A stretch of 64,000 nucleotides of DNA, from positions 1-64,000 of the forward strand of contig JAZDPL010000089.1 in NCBI GenBank assembly GCA_043797665.1, written 5' to 3'. This DNA comes from Candidatus Omnitrophota bacterium. GTDB lineage: Bacteria > Ratteibacteria > UBA8468 > MWAK01. The position numbers were made by a program, and so were the translations under genes. This document shows positions 49,434 through 59,464 of this stretch, one piece after another. The notes under the pieces were generated by a model. That model was given only the letters and a program-made list of their open reading frames with translations, was not told where the DNA came from and did no database searches. Numbering within the stretch: position 1 is the first letter of the stretch; each line of letters begins with the position of its first letter.

Positions 49434-50639
49434 CTACCTCAGGCGGGTGAGAATGCTGGATTTATGTTCCGGCAAGCCTTCCAAATCCGCTAACGCCGAG
49501 ATGTCCTCCGCCCACTCTTTCAAACCAGACTTATTCCACTTCAGCCGGGCAAAAGAACGTAAGAAAGTCAAGGCGGAAAGACCGGAAAACGAGGCCGCGG
49601 TCCCGCTGGTAGGCAGGATATGGCTGGGACCCGCCAAATAATCACCAAGCGCTACCGGCGTGTATCCGCCGATGAAGATGGCGCCTGCGCTCTTAATCTT
49701 TCCGGCAAATTTTTCTGCTTTATCCGCCATCACCACCAGATGTTCCGGCGCAATCATCTCAATCAAGCTGAGAGCCTTTTCCCTTTCCGCATAGATGGCA
49801 AATCCTTCTACTCCGGCGCCGGCAATCTTTTCCAGAAGCCGCCGGTCCGTTGTAACCAGAACAGCCAGACCGCTGCGGTGCTCAGCCTGACTGGCTAACT
49901 CTGCCTTAACAAAAGCCGGCTCTGCGGTTTTATCCGCAAAGACCACCACCTCGCTGGGACCAGCCGGACAGTCCAAATCAACGATGCCGTAAAGGAGCCT
50001 TTTGGCTGCCGAGACATATTCATTGCCCGGACCGACAATCTTGGCAACCTTAGGAATCCCGCCGGCGCCAAAAGCTAACGCTGCGATCGCCTGGGCGCCT
50101 CCGATTTTATATATTTCCGTAACCCCCAGAAAGGCAGCGGTTGCCACCACCGCTCTATTGGCTTGACCATCCTTACCCGGTGGAGTAGCAATAACGATTC
50201 TCTTTACGCCGGCGACCTGGGCCGGAACCACCGCCATCAGAACCGTGGAGACCAGAGGCGCGGTACCGGCCGGTATATAAACTCCAACCGGTTCAACCGG
50301 CACGTAGAGCCGTTCCATCTTACCGGACCGCTCGACAATACTAAATCCCTTCGGAACCTCCTTCTCCGCAAACCTTCTGATACGTCCGGCAGACCTTTCC
50401 AACCGCTGCCGCCATTCCCGGCTAAGAAACGCCTTCTTCGCCCCGGCAATCTCCCGGCGGGAAACCCGGAAGTCAGCAATCTCAACACCATCGTAGGTTC
50501 TGGTCAGTTCCCGTAAAGCAGCCTCACCATCTTTCTTAACCCGGCTGATAATCTCCGCTACCAAACCTTCCACTCGGGGAAAGAGCTCACGGCGTACCGC
50601 CAGAATTATTAACAGTTCTTTCGAACTCACCACTCGCAT
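49434..50639 (-). CDS. hisD: Histidinol dehydrogenase
   Basis: GVYIPAG, GGAQAIAAL, AGPSE, QAEH, APEHL, GDY.AGPSH.LPT. Start placed at ATG 50639 because the upstream ATG is in a REP. Confidence 0.93.
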   Translation of the reverse strand: MRVVSSKELLIILAVRRELFPRVEGLVAEIISRVKKDGEAALRELTRTYDGVEIADFRVSRREIAGAKKAFLSREWRQRLERSAGRIRRFAEKEVPKGFSIVERSGKMERLYVPVEPVGVYIPAGTAPLVSTVLMAVVPAQVAGVKRIVIATPPGKDGQANRAVVATAAFLGVTEIYKIGGAQAIAALAFGAGGIPKVAKIVGPGNEYVSAAKRLLYGIVDLDCPAGPSEVVVFADKTAEPAFVKAELASQAEHRSGLAVLVTTDRRLLEKIAGAGVEGFAIYAEREKALSLIEMIAPEHLVVMADKAEKFAGKIKSAGAIFIGGYTPVALGDYLAGPSHILPTSGTAASFSGLSALTFLRSFARLKWNKSGLKEWAEDISALADLEGLPEHKSSILTRLR

Positions 50640-50655
50640 TGTAATATCCTTTTTT

Positions 50656-50712
50656 GTAGGGGTTCGATTCATCGAACCCGATTCTTTCGGGTCGCATAAA
50701 TGCGACCCCTAC
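50656..50712. repeat. REP doublet
   Basis: GTAGGGGTTCGATTCATCGAACCC...GGGTCGCATAAATGCGACCCCTAC; supplies the TAG stop of the upstream gene. Confidence 0.85.
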
Positions 50713-51782
50713 GCCTCTCGGCAGGCGGTGACGAATGCCTCAATATTTTCTATCGGAACCTCTGGTTCCAGAACATGGGTGGGTGCCAGAATAAGTGCAC
50801 CGTCGTAACCCAAGTCTCTTTTACGCTCCCTCACTACCTTTTTCACCTCTTCCGGAGAACCGAACGGCATCGTAGACTGGGTACCGATGGTACCTTCAAA
50901 AACCAGCAGATTGCCATATCGTTTCTTTACCTCCAGCAAGTTAAGGCATTCCGGCTGGAGCGGGTTCAGGATAGTAACGCCAATCTCAACCAGTTCCGGA
51001 ATGATATCCCGGACGTTACCGTCGCTGTGGTACCAGATCTGGATATCCGGTTTTATCTGACGGGCTGCAGTATAGACCTTAGCCCAGCGTTTTTTCATAA
51101 TCTGGCGCCAGACCCCTGGTGAAAACATCAGACCCCGCTGGTTGGCAACGTCATCACCGGTAATAAGGACATCAACGCCGGCTCTGGCGGCAGCGGTTGC
51201 TATCTTCAAATTACGTTCTGTCAGCCGGTCCAGAATATATTCGCACCATTCCGGTCTTTCCACGGTATCCATCAAAAACTCTTCGTAGCCTCTGATCTGC
51301 CAGGCGCTTTCGTACATATGTCCGACCCAGCAGGAAGACACTTTTCCCTGCCGGTGTACTTCGGTAACCTTCTCCTTCATTCCGGTCTCATCAAATCCCC
51401 GGGCAACCGGAAAAGGAAACTTCTCTAATTCCAGAAAAGTCTTTGCGTTCCGCAGAGGGCTGATATATCCGGTAAAGTGATAGAACTTCGCCGGAATTTC
51501 CAGGACACCTAATTCGTTAATAAAAAAACCTTCCGGCTTTTCCACACCTTCAAAATAGGCTGAAAAGTCCGGTTTCGAAACCTCCGGTTCCTTCGGCTGA
51601 ATTACAGCCGGCGCATACATCCCGAAGTATTCCGCGATACCCGCCTCAGGCTTAAGGTGATATCTCTCCCGAATCCGGCGTTCCAGGTCCGGGGTAAAAC
51701 TGGCGCAAAAGAGGAAATCCTGGTGCGGTTCGTGCTTCACGGTCGCCCGAAAAATCTCCAGATGTGTCATCGCCATTTCCAC
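50709..51782 (-). CDS. Uroporphyrinogen decarboxylase-family protein
   Basis: GDDVANQ, YHSDGN, LNPLQPE, GTIGTQ, LAPTH. Confidence 0.85.
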   Translation of the reverse strand: MEMAMTHLEIFRATVKHEPHQDFLFCASFTPDLERRIRERYHLKPEAGIAEYFGMYAPAVIQPKEPEVSKPDFSAYFEGVEKPEGFFINELGVLEIPAKFYHFTGYISPLRNAKTFLELEKFPFPVARGFDETGMKEKVTEVHRQGKVSSCWVGHMYESAWQIRGYEEFLMDTVERPEWCEYILDRLTERNLKIATAAARAGVDVLITGDDVANQRGLMFSPGVWRQIMKKRWAKVYTAARQIKPDIQIWYHSDGNVRDIIPELVEIGVTILNPLQPECLNLLEVKKRYGNLLVFEGTIGTQSTMPFGSPEEVKKVVRERKRDLGYDGALILAPTHVLEPEVPIENIEAFVTACREA

Positions 51783-51821
51783 ACTCCTCCCCGAATAAGT
51801 ATATCACACCCCAAATGTAAG

Positions 51822-52043
51822 TTAAATCTTAATCTCAATAATTTTTTGGCGGTTCCTTTCGCCTTTGACTATGCGAATATCCTTCTTTTTCAACCCAAAA
51901 TATTCCGATAAAACCTCAACTGCCGCCTTATTTGCCTTGCCATCCATTGCCGGCGCGGTCACATACACCTTGAGCCGGTTCTCTTCCGTTATCACCTTAT
52001 CCTTGTGCGCGTTAGGAATGACCTTTATCTCTACCCGTCTCAT
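51822..52043 (-). CDS. DUF167/YggU-family protein
   Basis: KVIPNA, APAMDGKAN, IVKGE..R.K. Confidence 0.88.
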   Translation of the reverse strand: MRRVEIKVIPNAHKDKVITEENRLKVYVTAPAMDGKANKAAVEVLSEYFGLKKKDIRIVKGERNRQKIIEIKI

Positions 52044-52166
52044 TAGAAACTATTTATTTTATCATTAAACCTCAATTTTTGAAAATAGAAAACTACTGAT
52101 TTTAGTTTTTCTTTAGTAGGTTGACCTTAAAACGCAGGAAGAAGTACAATTTGTAAGGCAGAAAGA

Positions 52167-53942
52167 ATGAAGAAGATTAAACCGTCTAAAAGGCAAAAGA
52201 AAATATCAGAAAAATCCCTCCTTACGCAAAATATTCCCAGGAAAAAATACCTGAAAACCCTCATTTTAATAGTCGTTGTTGGAATTGCTGTCTACATCAA
52301 TACCTTTGGCAATGAATTTGTTTGGGATGATAAATTTCTCATAACTGGAAATCCCCATATTAAAATCTGGCATAGTATCAGCGATATTTTTAAAATGGAA
52401 CTCTTTCACGGTAAAGGACCACAGGGTAATTTCTACCGACCTTTGCAGACATTGTCCTATATGGTTGATTATTCCTTATGGCAGATCAAACCTTTGGGAT
52501 ACCATATTACCAATCTCTGCGGGCACATTTTAAACGCTTTGCTTATCTTTTTTATCGTCAATGTGATATCAAAAAGCAGGCCGGTCTCTTTAATCACCAG
52601 CCTCTTATTTATCGTTCACCCCATTCATACACAGGCTGTTACCTATATCGCAGGAAGGGCAGACCTGCTGGCAGCTTTCTTTTTTCTGTTATCCTTTCTT
52701 TTCTTTATCCGATATACGGATTATCCCGGCAAGAAGAGAATCGGCATTTATCTCGGTTCTCTTCTTGCTTTTATCCTTGCCCTCTTATCCAAGGAGACAA
52801 CCCTTATTTTGCCCCTGCTCTTAATCCTCTGGTATCTTTCTTTCCGGCAGGAATGCGCATATCCTGTATCACGTGTCGCATATCAGATATCGCCTTTTTT
52901 CCTTATTGCTGTGGTCTATATTGCCTTAAGAATTTTTGTTCTGAATTTTAGTGGGAGATCAATTCTGACCAGTTCTACTAATCTCTATCTGAGACTTCTC
53001 ACGATGAGTAAGGTTACTATTGCCTATCTTGGGCTGCTCTTTTTACCCCTAAACCTGCATATGGAGCGAACCATACCTTTCGCCACCTCTTTCTTTAATT
53101 TACCGGTCTTAATCTCCATGATCCTCTTAATATCCATTTGGATAATCACGGCTAAATTCTATAAACATTCCCGGGTCATCTTCTTTGCCTCTTTCTGGTT
53201 CTTCTTAACCCTGCTTCCAGTATCAAATATTATCCCCTTAAATGCTGTGATGGCAGAACACTGGTTATATATTCCTTCCATCGGTTTCTTTTTCCTTTTG
53301 GCGCTGGGGATAGTCAAGATGACTCAACTAAAAATACCCGCATTTTCACCGGACATCTTAAGGAGAGTAACAACCTCATCCTTTGTGTTGATACTTCTCT
53401 TTTATTCCGGCCTTACCATCCGACGCAATACTGATTGGAAGGATGAGTTGACTTTCTATCAAAAGACATTAAGGAGCGCGCCTGGCAGTGCCAGAGTGCA
53501 CAATAATCTGGGAATGGTTTACGTCAAAAAAGGCTTATACGACGAGGCGATAAGAGAATATCAAGCGGCCTTAAGGATCGATCCGAATCACAGCAGAACT
53601 CATTATAACCTGGGAAATCTTTATGATGAAAAAGGCTTATACGATGAGGCGGTAAAAGAGTATCGGGAGGCTTTAAGAATAGACCCTGACAATAGCGGAA
53701 CCCATAATAACCTGGGGGTTGTCTATGACAAGAAAGGCTTATTCAACGAGGCGGTAAAAGAGTATCAGGAGGCTTTACGGATGGACCCGAACAGCAAAGA
53801 ATCTCATTATAATCTGGGGGCTATTTGTGATGAAAAAGGCTTGTACGATGAGGCGGTAAAAGAGTATCAAGCGGTCTTAAGAATAGACCCTAACTACCGC
53901 GATACTCGCAAGAAACTGGAAAGTGTTTATCAAAAAAGGTAG
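52167..53942 (+). CDS. TMTC-like GT-C glycosyltransferase with C-terminal TPRs
   Basis: FVWDD, YRPL, HP.HT.AV.YI.GR, SKE, AEHWLYIPS, four 34-aa TPRs. Confidence 0.88.
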   Translation: MKKIKPSKRQKKISEKSLLTQNIPRKKYLKTLILIVVVGIAVYINTFGNEFVWDDKFLITGNPHIKIWHSISDIFKMELFHGKGPQGNFYRPLQTLSYMVDYSLWQIKPLGYHITNLCGHILNALLIFFIVNVISKSRPVSLITSLLFIVHPIHTQAVTYIAGRADLLAAFFFLLSFLFFIRYTDYPGKKRIGIYLGSLLAFILALLSKETTLILPLLLILWYLSFRQECAYPVSRVAYQISPFFLIAVVYIALRIFVLNFSGRSILTSSTNLYLRLLTMSKVTIAYLGLLFLPLNLHMERTIPFATSFFNLPVLISMILLISIWIITAKFYKHSRVIFFASFWFFLTLLPVSNIIPLNAVMAEHWLYIPSIGFFFLLALGIVKMTQLKIPAFSPDILRRVTTSSFVLILLFYSGLTIRRNTDWKDELTFYQKTLRSAPGSARVHNNLGMVYVKKGLYDEAIREYQAALRIDPNHSRTHYNLGNLYDEKGLYDEAVKEYREALRIDPDNSGTHNNLGVVYDKKGLFNEAVKEYQEALRMDPNSKESHYNLGAICDEKGLYDEAVKEYQAVLRIDPNYRDTRKKLESVYQKR

Positions 53943-54120
53943 GTGGGCATCCTTTCCCTGACATCGCTACGGCGGCAATGCTCCGCCTCGTGGACAACGT
54001 TAGAACAATGCGTTCCGGACTATTCTCTCCTCGTAGACACGGGGTTTCGTGAAGCGGAGGAGAGGATGGGGAAGCGGAAGGTTCCGAACTGTTCTTCTCG
54101 TTAACACAGCGTGCATTTTG

Positions 54121-56556
54121 TCATGGGACGCTATTCCTGATTTGCAGTATTTCACCCCTGACGGTTTCGATTTTCAGCAGTGGATCCTTGAATTGTTTCT
54201 CGCCGTGGACGCTGCTTTGGATCACGAACCCGGTCCATGGGAGGATCGCTCGCAGCGGATAACCCGCCTCGCTGATGATTTCAATCCATTGGGTCTCGCC
54301 GCGCTCAAACAGGGCACTGACGAGGAATGAACCGACTGCCCGCAGAGACTGGAATTCGGCTCGTTTGTTGCGCGGCCAGTTGGGGAAGAATCGCAACGTT
54401 CCGCTGTAACTCTGAAACAGGCACTCGTTGATGACAACGGGCAGCGCGAAATTCTCGAACCATATCCCCATCCCCGTTCTGGAGTAAAAATCGAAGGGAG
54501 TGGTGTCGTCGTAACGTCCGTGCACCTGGAGTACCTTATCGGTGCACGTTCCGTTGGGGATGAGGCAGTATTCAATCTGCCGTTTGAACCGCTCGAGATC
54601 GAGCAGGCCGAGCCGTGCGCCCTGAAGATTGAGAAAAACGAGTTCGTTGCCGCCCTCGTTGCGGTGGTTGCGGTAGGAATTCACCGCGATTTCAAACTCT
54701 TCGCGCGGCGAGTGCAATCCGTGGTCTTCTCCGGGAAAGACCGTCATCAAGCTGTTAGGCGTGTTGTATACGATATCCGGATTCTCTCCCGGGACTGAGA
54801 CGAAAACCACACCGCACCCTGATTCCGCCGTTGGATAGTCCGGGAAATAATCAAGCACTTCCTGCACGTCACGAATCAGTGCCGCCTCTGTTTTCTCTCT
54901 TCCCAAAATCTCGCATGCCTTCAGGAAGGCTTTGAAGACGAATTTCGTCAGGGTCAGGTCAACCAGGCAGTCGAAATTGTTCTTGAACCCCGGACGTAAT
55001 CCGTACAGTTCGGGATCTACGGTCGGGAACACGTGATATTTGTCATCGTTCCACTGCGGTCCGTGTGCCTCAGGTCGCTGCATGTAGTCAACGAGGAACA
55101 GCACTGCATCCCGGATGGGTTCGAAAGCACGGCGCTCAAGGAATGACCTGTCCTGGGTGTAGAGATAATGCCACCACAGGCTCTGCACCGTCCACGGTGT
55201 TTCGCAGATTTCCCAACCCCACGTCGGCACCGGATACGGGTTGGTGGTCATTTCGACGGGAAAGAATGAATGCATCCCGTAGGCGCCGCGTAGGCCATAA
55301 TACTCCCGTGCCCACTTTCGCTCGAGCGGCAGAACGCGCTCCACCATGTCAACATACGGCAGGTGCTTGTCCGGATGGTTGCCGGAGAACGTCGCCCAGA
55401 ACGGCTGCTGGGCATTGTAGTTCATGTGATAATCGCCGTGCCATGCGGTACCGATGTCGCGGTAGCTCCAGTTGGCGAATAATCCCGGACAGGTGATTCC
55501 TTCCCTGACAGAACAGTTCAGAAAGTAGAAATTCCAGTACCAGGTGCGTTCCAGAAGATGGTCCTCGAGCGCGACCCCCGACCGGTTCCAGTATTCGCGC
55601 CATGTCTCTCGGCTCGCGTTGGATGCCTCCTCGAATGCGCTTTGCCTCGGATCCGGCAGGTTGCCGACATGCGTGGAGATTCCCGAAGCCTGACCTTCAT
55701 CGAGTTGTACACAGGCAACGAATTCCGCTGCAGGACCGATGCTCCGTTCCAGGATCCCGGCCGTTTCCGGAATCCCCGTCCAGGTGGCCGTCCTCATTCG
55801 CGATTCGAGAGGACCGTTCAGGGACACGGTGAGTCGGAATGCGCGATCCTTTGGATGTCCGTGCTTATCATGCGCATGCGGTTCCTGAAACGGGAGTACC
55901 TGCCGGAAGGAGAGCATCGCCCCGGGCATCGGATCGGGCACTGTGAACGCGGGCAGATCAGGCGGCGTGGAAGGATCGGGAATCATCCGCACCCGGTCGA
56001 ACGGGCTCTGTGCGGGTTTGCCGCCCTCATTCACCGTGCGCAGCCAGAGACGGTCCGCCTCCATTTCGACGAATACCTGTAGCATGACCGGTCTTCCCCC
56101 GACGAGCAATCGCACGTCGCACCGTCCGGTGGAGATATCGAGCGAGTAACCGAGTGCTTCCACGCTGCGGCGGTCGAAACCCAAAAGGAACGACCCGCAC
56201 GGGAAGGGACGTGGGTAAGACTTGCGATAACTCCCGCTCATTTCGTTGAAATACTGTGCGCACCATGCATCCTCGTTGAGATCCCGGTACGTTGATGGAA
56301 CCGCCTTCACCCGCTCGAACACCTGTTGAAACGTGCCGATTTTTTCCTTGTGATCTTCGGCGATACGAATGTCCCAGACATTGTTGTGGCCGAAGTGAAC
56401 AACAATCGCATCGGGACGCACGCACACGATCGCACCCAGGCCCCCGTTACCGAGCACGGCACCTTCAAAGAAATCCACCGCAGGAGTCGTGCGAACGATC
56501 GGGTGCAGTGCCGCGTGTCCAACTGGGTCGAATGTTGAAAATGTATTTTTGTCCAT
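54121..56556 (-). CDS. GH95-like glycoside hydrolase (alpha-fucosidase-like)
   Basis: LGNG, W.GDYHMNYN.Q, (alpha/alpha)6 C-terminus (NECLFQS...FPNWP...F.SLRA.G.F.VSA). Visibly more GC-rich than its flanks; start placed at ATG 56556. Confidence 0.78.
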   Translation of the reverse strand: MDKNTFSTFDPVGHAALHPIVRTTPAVDFFEGAVLGNGGLGAIVCVRPDAIVVHFGHNNVWDIRIAEDHKEKIGTFQQVFERVKAVPSTYRDLNEDAWCAQYFNEMSGSYRKSYPRPFPCGSFLLGFDRRSVEALGYSLDISTGRCDVRLLVGGRPVMLQVFVEMEADRLWLRTVNEGGKPAQSPFDRVRMIPDPSTPPDLPAFTVPDPMPGAMLSFRQVLPFQEPHAHDKHGHPKDRAFRLTVSLNGPLESRMRTATWTGIPETAGILERSIGPAAEFVACVQLDEGQASGISTHVGNLPDPRQSAFEEASNASRETWREYWNRSGVALEDHLLERTWYWNFYFLNCSVREGITCPGLFANWSYRDIGTAWHGDYHMNYNAQQPFWATFSGNHPDKHLPYVDMVERVLPLERKWAREYYGLRGAYGMHSFFPVEMTTNPYPVPTWGWEICETPWTVQSLWWHYLYTQDRSFLERRAFEPIRDAVLFLVDYMQRPEAHGPQWNDDKYHVFPTVDPELYGLRPGFKNNFDCLVDLTLTKFVFKAFLKACEILGREKTEAALIRDVQEVLDYFPDYPTAESGCGVVFVSVPGENPDIVYNTPNSLMTVFPGEDHGLHSPREEFEIAVNSYRNHRNEGGNELVFLNLQGARLGLLDLERFKRQIEYCLIPNGTCTDKVLQVHGRYDDTTPFDFYSRTGMGIWFENFALPVVINECLFQSYSGTLRFFPNWPRNKRAEFQSLRAVGSFLVSALFERGETQWIEIISEAGYPLRAILPWTGFVIQSSVHGEKQFKDPLLKIETVRGEILQIRNSVP

Positions 56557-56810
56557 CACAAAAAAACATTTTAGTCCTGATAGCCTGCCTTGTTTATTAT
56601 ATTCTACTCCGCTGTTGTATCTATTTGTCAATAGACAAATCTGGCACAAGATTCTAACCCCTACCCCACCATCCAGTCGCAATTAGTAGTTTTGACTTCT
56701 TTTGTCCGGAGGGATACAATTTAGACGCAAAGTTCTTTGAGAAGGCGAAGAATCTTTACGCAGCCTTTTTTTAAAAAATAGGATTAGCCTATTTAACCAG
56801 AGAGGTTTAA

Positions 56811-57170
56811 ATGAAAAAATTGTTAATAATTATTTTACTGCTAACTTTAATTTCTTTTTCTTCGGGATGTGGTGTGGCTTTGTTGGTTGGAGCTGGTGGA
56901 TATGCCGAATCTCAAAGCCGCAAGGGAACTAAAGCAAAAGCCAAATATACTAAATTGTATAATAAATATAAGTTAAGGATGGAACAGATAAACCTGAACC
57001 GGGAAAAGGCAGGTTTGCAACCTAAGCCAATAATGAACTTTGAAGAATGGCTTAACCTGCAACCATTAAGTCCTGCAGAAGCGAATCTATTTGAAAAAAC
57101 AGGGGTGCAAACACCAAAAGAAATAAAGGAACAAGAGAAAACAAGAACTGACACTTATATGCAGAAGTAG
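56811..57170 (+). CDS. Hypothetical lipoprotein
   Basis: MKK + hydrophobic stretch + SSGC lipobox; GAGG RBS; TTGACT-17-TACAAT at 56692-56720. Confidence 0.8.
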   Translation: MKKLLIIILLLTLISFSSGCGVALLVGAGGYAESQSRKGTKAKAKYTKLYNKYKLRMEQINLNREKAGLQPKPIMNFEEWLNLQPLSPAEANLFEKTGVQTPKEIKEQEKTRTDTYMQK

Positions 57171-57433
57171 GAAAAATCCTCGTGGACAATGTTAGAACTA
57201 TCCTTCAACGGTCAAATGCATATATTCACATACCCGATTTAGCGCCACGAGCTTAGTTTGTCTTAATTATAGAAGTTTACCCTACCCTGCCACTCACTAT
57301 ATCTCTATTTTGATGGCTCACCTTCCCCACTATCCAGTCGCAATTAGTTTTGGCGTTAGGATGTTGACCCTGGAACGCAGGAAGAAGTACAATCTGGAAG
57401 GAAAACATTTAACGGAAACGACCACCCGGACCA

Positions 57434-59464
57434 ATGTCAAACCGCAACATAGAATCAGGTAAATTTGTCTCAAAAAGTCCTCGGCCGTATCGGCCCTCAA
57501 CCCTTGTTGCCGTAATCGCCATCTGCCTTTTAGGTATTCTCATCTACTCCAATACCTTCCACGCCTCGTTCCATTTTGATGATGAACAAAATATTCTTAC
57601 CAATGCTGCCATCCGTAACCTCTGGAACCTGAAAGCCATCTGGGATTTCGCTCCCACCCGCTTCTTCACCTACCTTTCCTTATCGGTCAACTACCATCTT
57701 CATCAGTTATCTACCCCCGGCTACCACATATTCAACCTGGCGGTCCATCTGGGCTCGGCTATCTTAGTCTACTGGTTTATCCTGCTAATTTTCTCCACCC
57801 CTTATTTCAGATCCTTCCCGCGTTGCGGGCTTGATAAATCAAGCCTCTACACCCCAAATGTAGGGGTTCAATTTATTGAACCCGAAGGTAGGGTGAGAAA
57901 CCTCCTGGCGTTATTTAGCGGTCTGCTCTTTGTCTGCCACCCGGTCCAGATCCAGGCGGTAACCTACATCATCCAGCGTACCGCTTCTTTGGCTACCTTC
58001 TTTTACCTGCTTTCCGTCTGTCTCTATCTAAGAGCAAGATTAAACCAGGCACAAAAACCGGATTCCCCCTGCTGGTTAAGGTTCTATGCCGGTTCAATCC
58101 TATCTGCGGTTGCCGCCCTCTTTACCAAAGAGATGGCCGTTACCCTGCCGTTTATGCTTTTGCTTTGCGAGGTTTCTTTCTTTCGGGATAATCTCAAGAA
58201 CACCGCTAAACGGCTCGCGCCGTTTTTTCTTATCCTGCTAATAGTTTTGATAAACATCAAGGTAACCGGGTGGTCGGCTAAATTTTCAGAGGCAAGGCTC
58301 TTACAGGAACCCCAGTCCGGCCTAACCGCCATCACCCCGGCCCAGTATCTTTTCACCCAGTTCAGGGTGATTGTGACCTACATCAGGCTTTTGCTGGTAC
58401 CGGTAAATCAAAACCTGGACTACGACTATCCAATCAGCCAAACGCTATGGCAAGTGCCCACCGTAACCAGTCTTATCTTTCTTTTGTTGCTCCTGACAGC
58501 CGGCTTTCTCCTGTTCCGGAAGTACCGGTTGATATCTTTTAGTATCTTCTGGTTCTTTCTGACCATCGCCCCGGAATCCAGTATTTTTCCTATCAGGGAT
58601 GTTATCTACGAACACCGGCTCTACCTGCCTTTGGTCGGTTACAGCCTATTTTTGCCGGTTGCCGCCTATGTCTTGTTTGGAAACAGAAAATTAAAACTAA
58701 TGATAATCATTCTCCTGTCCATAATCGCCTGCTATTCGGTGATGACCTATAGCCGCAACCGTGTCTGGAAAGACGAGCTAACCCTGTGGAGCGATGTGAT
58801 GCGCAAGTTTCCGAATAAGACACGGCCGGCTTATAACTTGGGAGTGACTTATGCCGCTCTGGGCCGCTACCAGGAAGCAATTGATGCTTACAAGCAGGCA
58901 ATCCGTATTAAACCGGATTATGCAGAGGCGCACTACAACCTGGGAGTGGCTTATTTCAAACTGGGCCGCTGCCAGGAAGCAATTGATGCTTACAAGCAGG
59001 CAATCCGCCTCAAGCCGGATGATGCCCCTGAGTACAACAACCTGGGAAATGTTTACGCCAGAGTGGATCGCTACCCGGAAGCGATTGACGCTTACAAGCA
59101 GGCAATTCGTATCAAGCCTGATTTCGCAGAGACGCGCTACAACCTGGGAAATGTTTACGACAGAGTGGGTCGCTACCCGGAAGCGATTGACGCTTACAAG
59201 CAGGCAATCCGCCTCAAGCCGGATGATGCCCCTACGTACAACAACCTGGGAAATGTTTACGCCAGAGTGGGTCGCTACCCGGAAACGATTGACGCCTACA
59301 AACAGGCTATCTGTATCAAACCGGATCTGGCAGAGGCGCACTTCAACCTGGGAGTGACTTATTTGAAGCTTGGTGATAAGGGTTCTGCCTTGGAAGAGTA
59401 TACGATTCTCAAAGACCTGAACGGCGATTTAGCCAACAAATTGTTTAATACAATTTACAAATAA
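57434..59464 (+). CDS. TMTC-like GT-C glycosyltransferase with near-identical TPRs
   Basis: FHFDD, HP.Q..AV.YI.QR, TKE, EHRLYLP, about six TPRs; REP pair in frame at 57825-57884. Confidence 0.88.
   Translation: MSNRNIESGKFVSKSPRPYRPSTLVAVIAICLLGILIYSNTFHASFHFDDEQNILTNAAIRNLWNLKAIWDFAPTRFFTYLSLSVNYHLHQLSTPGYHIFNLAVHLGSAILVYWFILLIFSTPYFRSFPRCGLDKSSLYTPNVGVQFIEPEGRVRNLLALFSGLLFVCHPVQIQAVTYIIQRTASLATFFYLLSVCLYLRARLNQAQKPDSPCWLRFYAGSILSAVAALFTKEMAVTLPFMLLLCEVSFFRDNLKNTAKRLAPFFLILLIVLINIKVTGWSAKFSEARLLQEPQSGLTAITPAQYLFTQFRVIVTYIRLLLVPVNQNLDYDYPISQTLWQVPTVTSLIFLLLLLTAGFLLFRKYRLISFSIFWFFLTIAPESSIFPIRDVIYEHRLYLPLVGYSLFLPVAAYVLFGNRKLKLMIIILLSIIACYSVMTYSRNRVWKDELTLWSDVMRKFPNKTRPAYNLGVTYAALGRYQEAIDAYKQAIRIKPDYAEAHYNLGVAYFKLGRCQEAIDAYKQAIRLKPDDAPEYNNLGNVYARVDRYPEAIDAYKQAIRIKPDFAETRYNLGNVYDRVGRYPEAIDAYKQAIRLKPDDAPTYNNLGNVYARVGRYPETIDAYKQAICIKPDLAEAHFNLGVTYLKLGDKGSALEEYTILKDLNGDLANKLFNTIYK

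Noticed and set aside
53986..57198. GTTAGAAC as integron attC core sites
   Set aside because: Does not fit GTTRRRY at position 7, no RYYYAAC inverse core or attC hairpin is seen, and there is no intI in the window.
58830..59380. DGR template/variable repeat pair
   Set aside because: Ordinary in-frame TPR tandem units; differences are not adenine-specific by eye and there is no reverse transcriptase.
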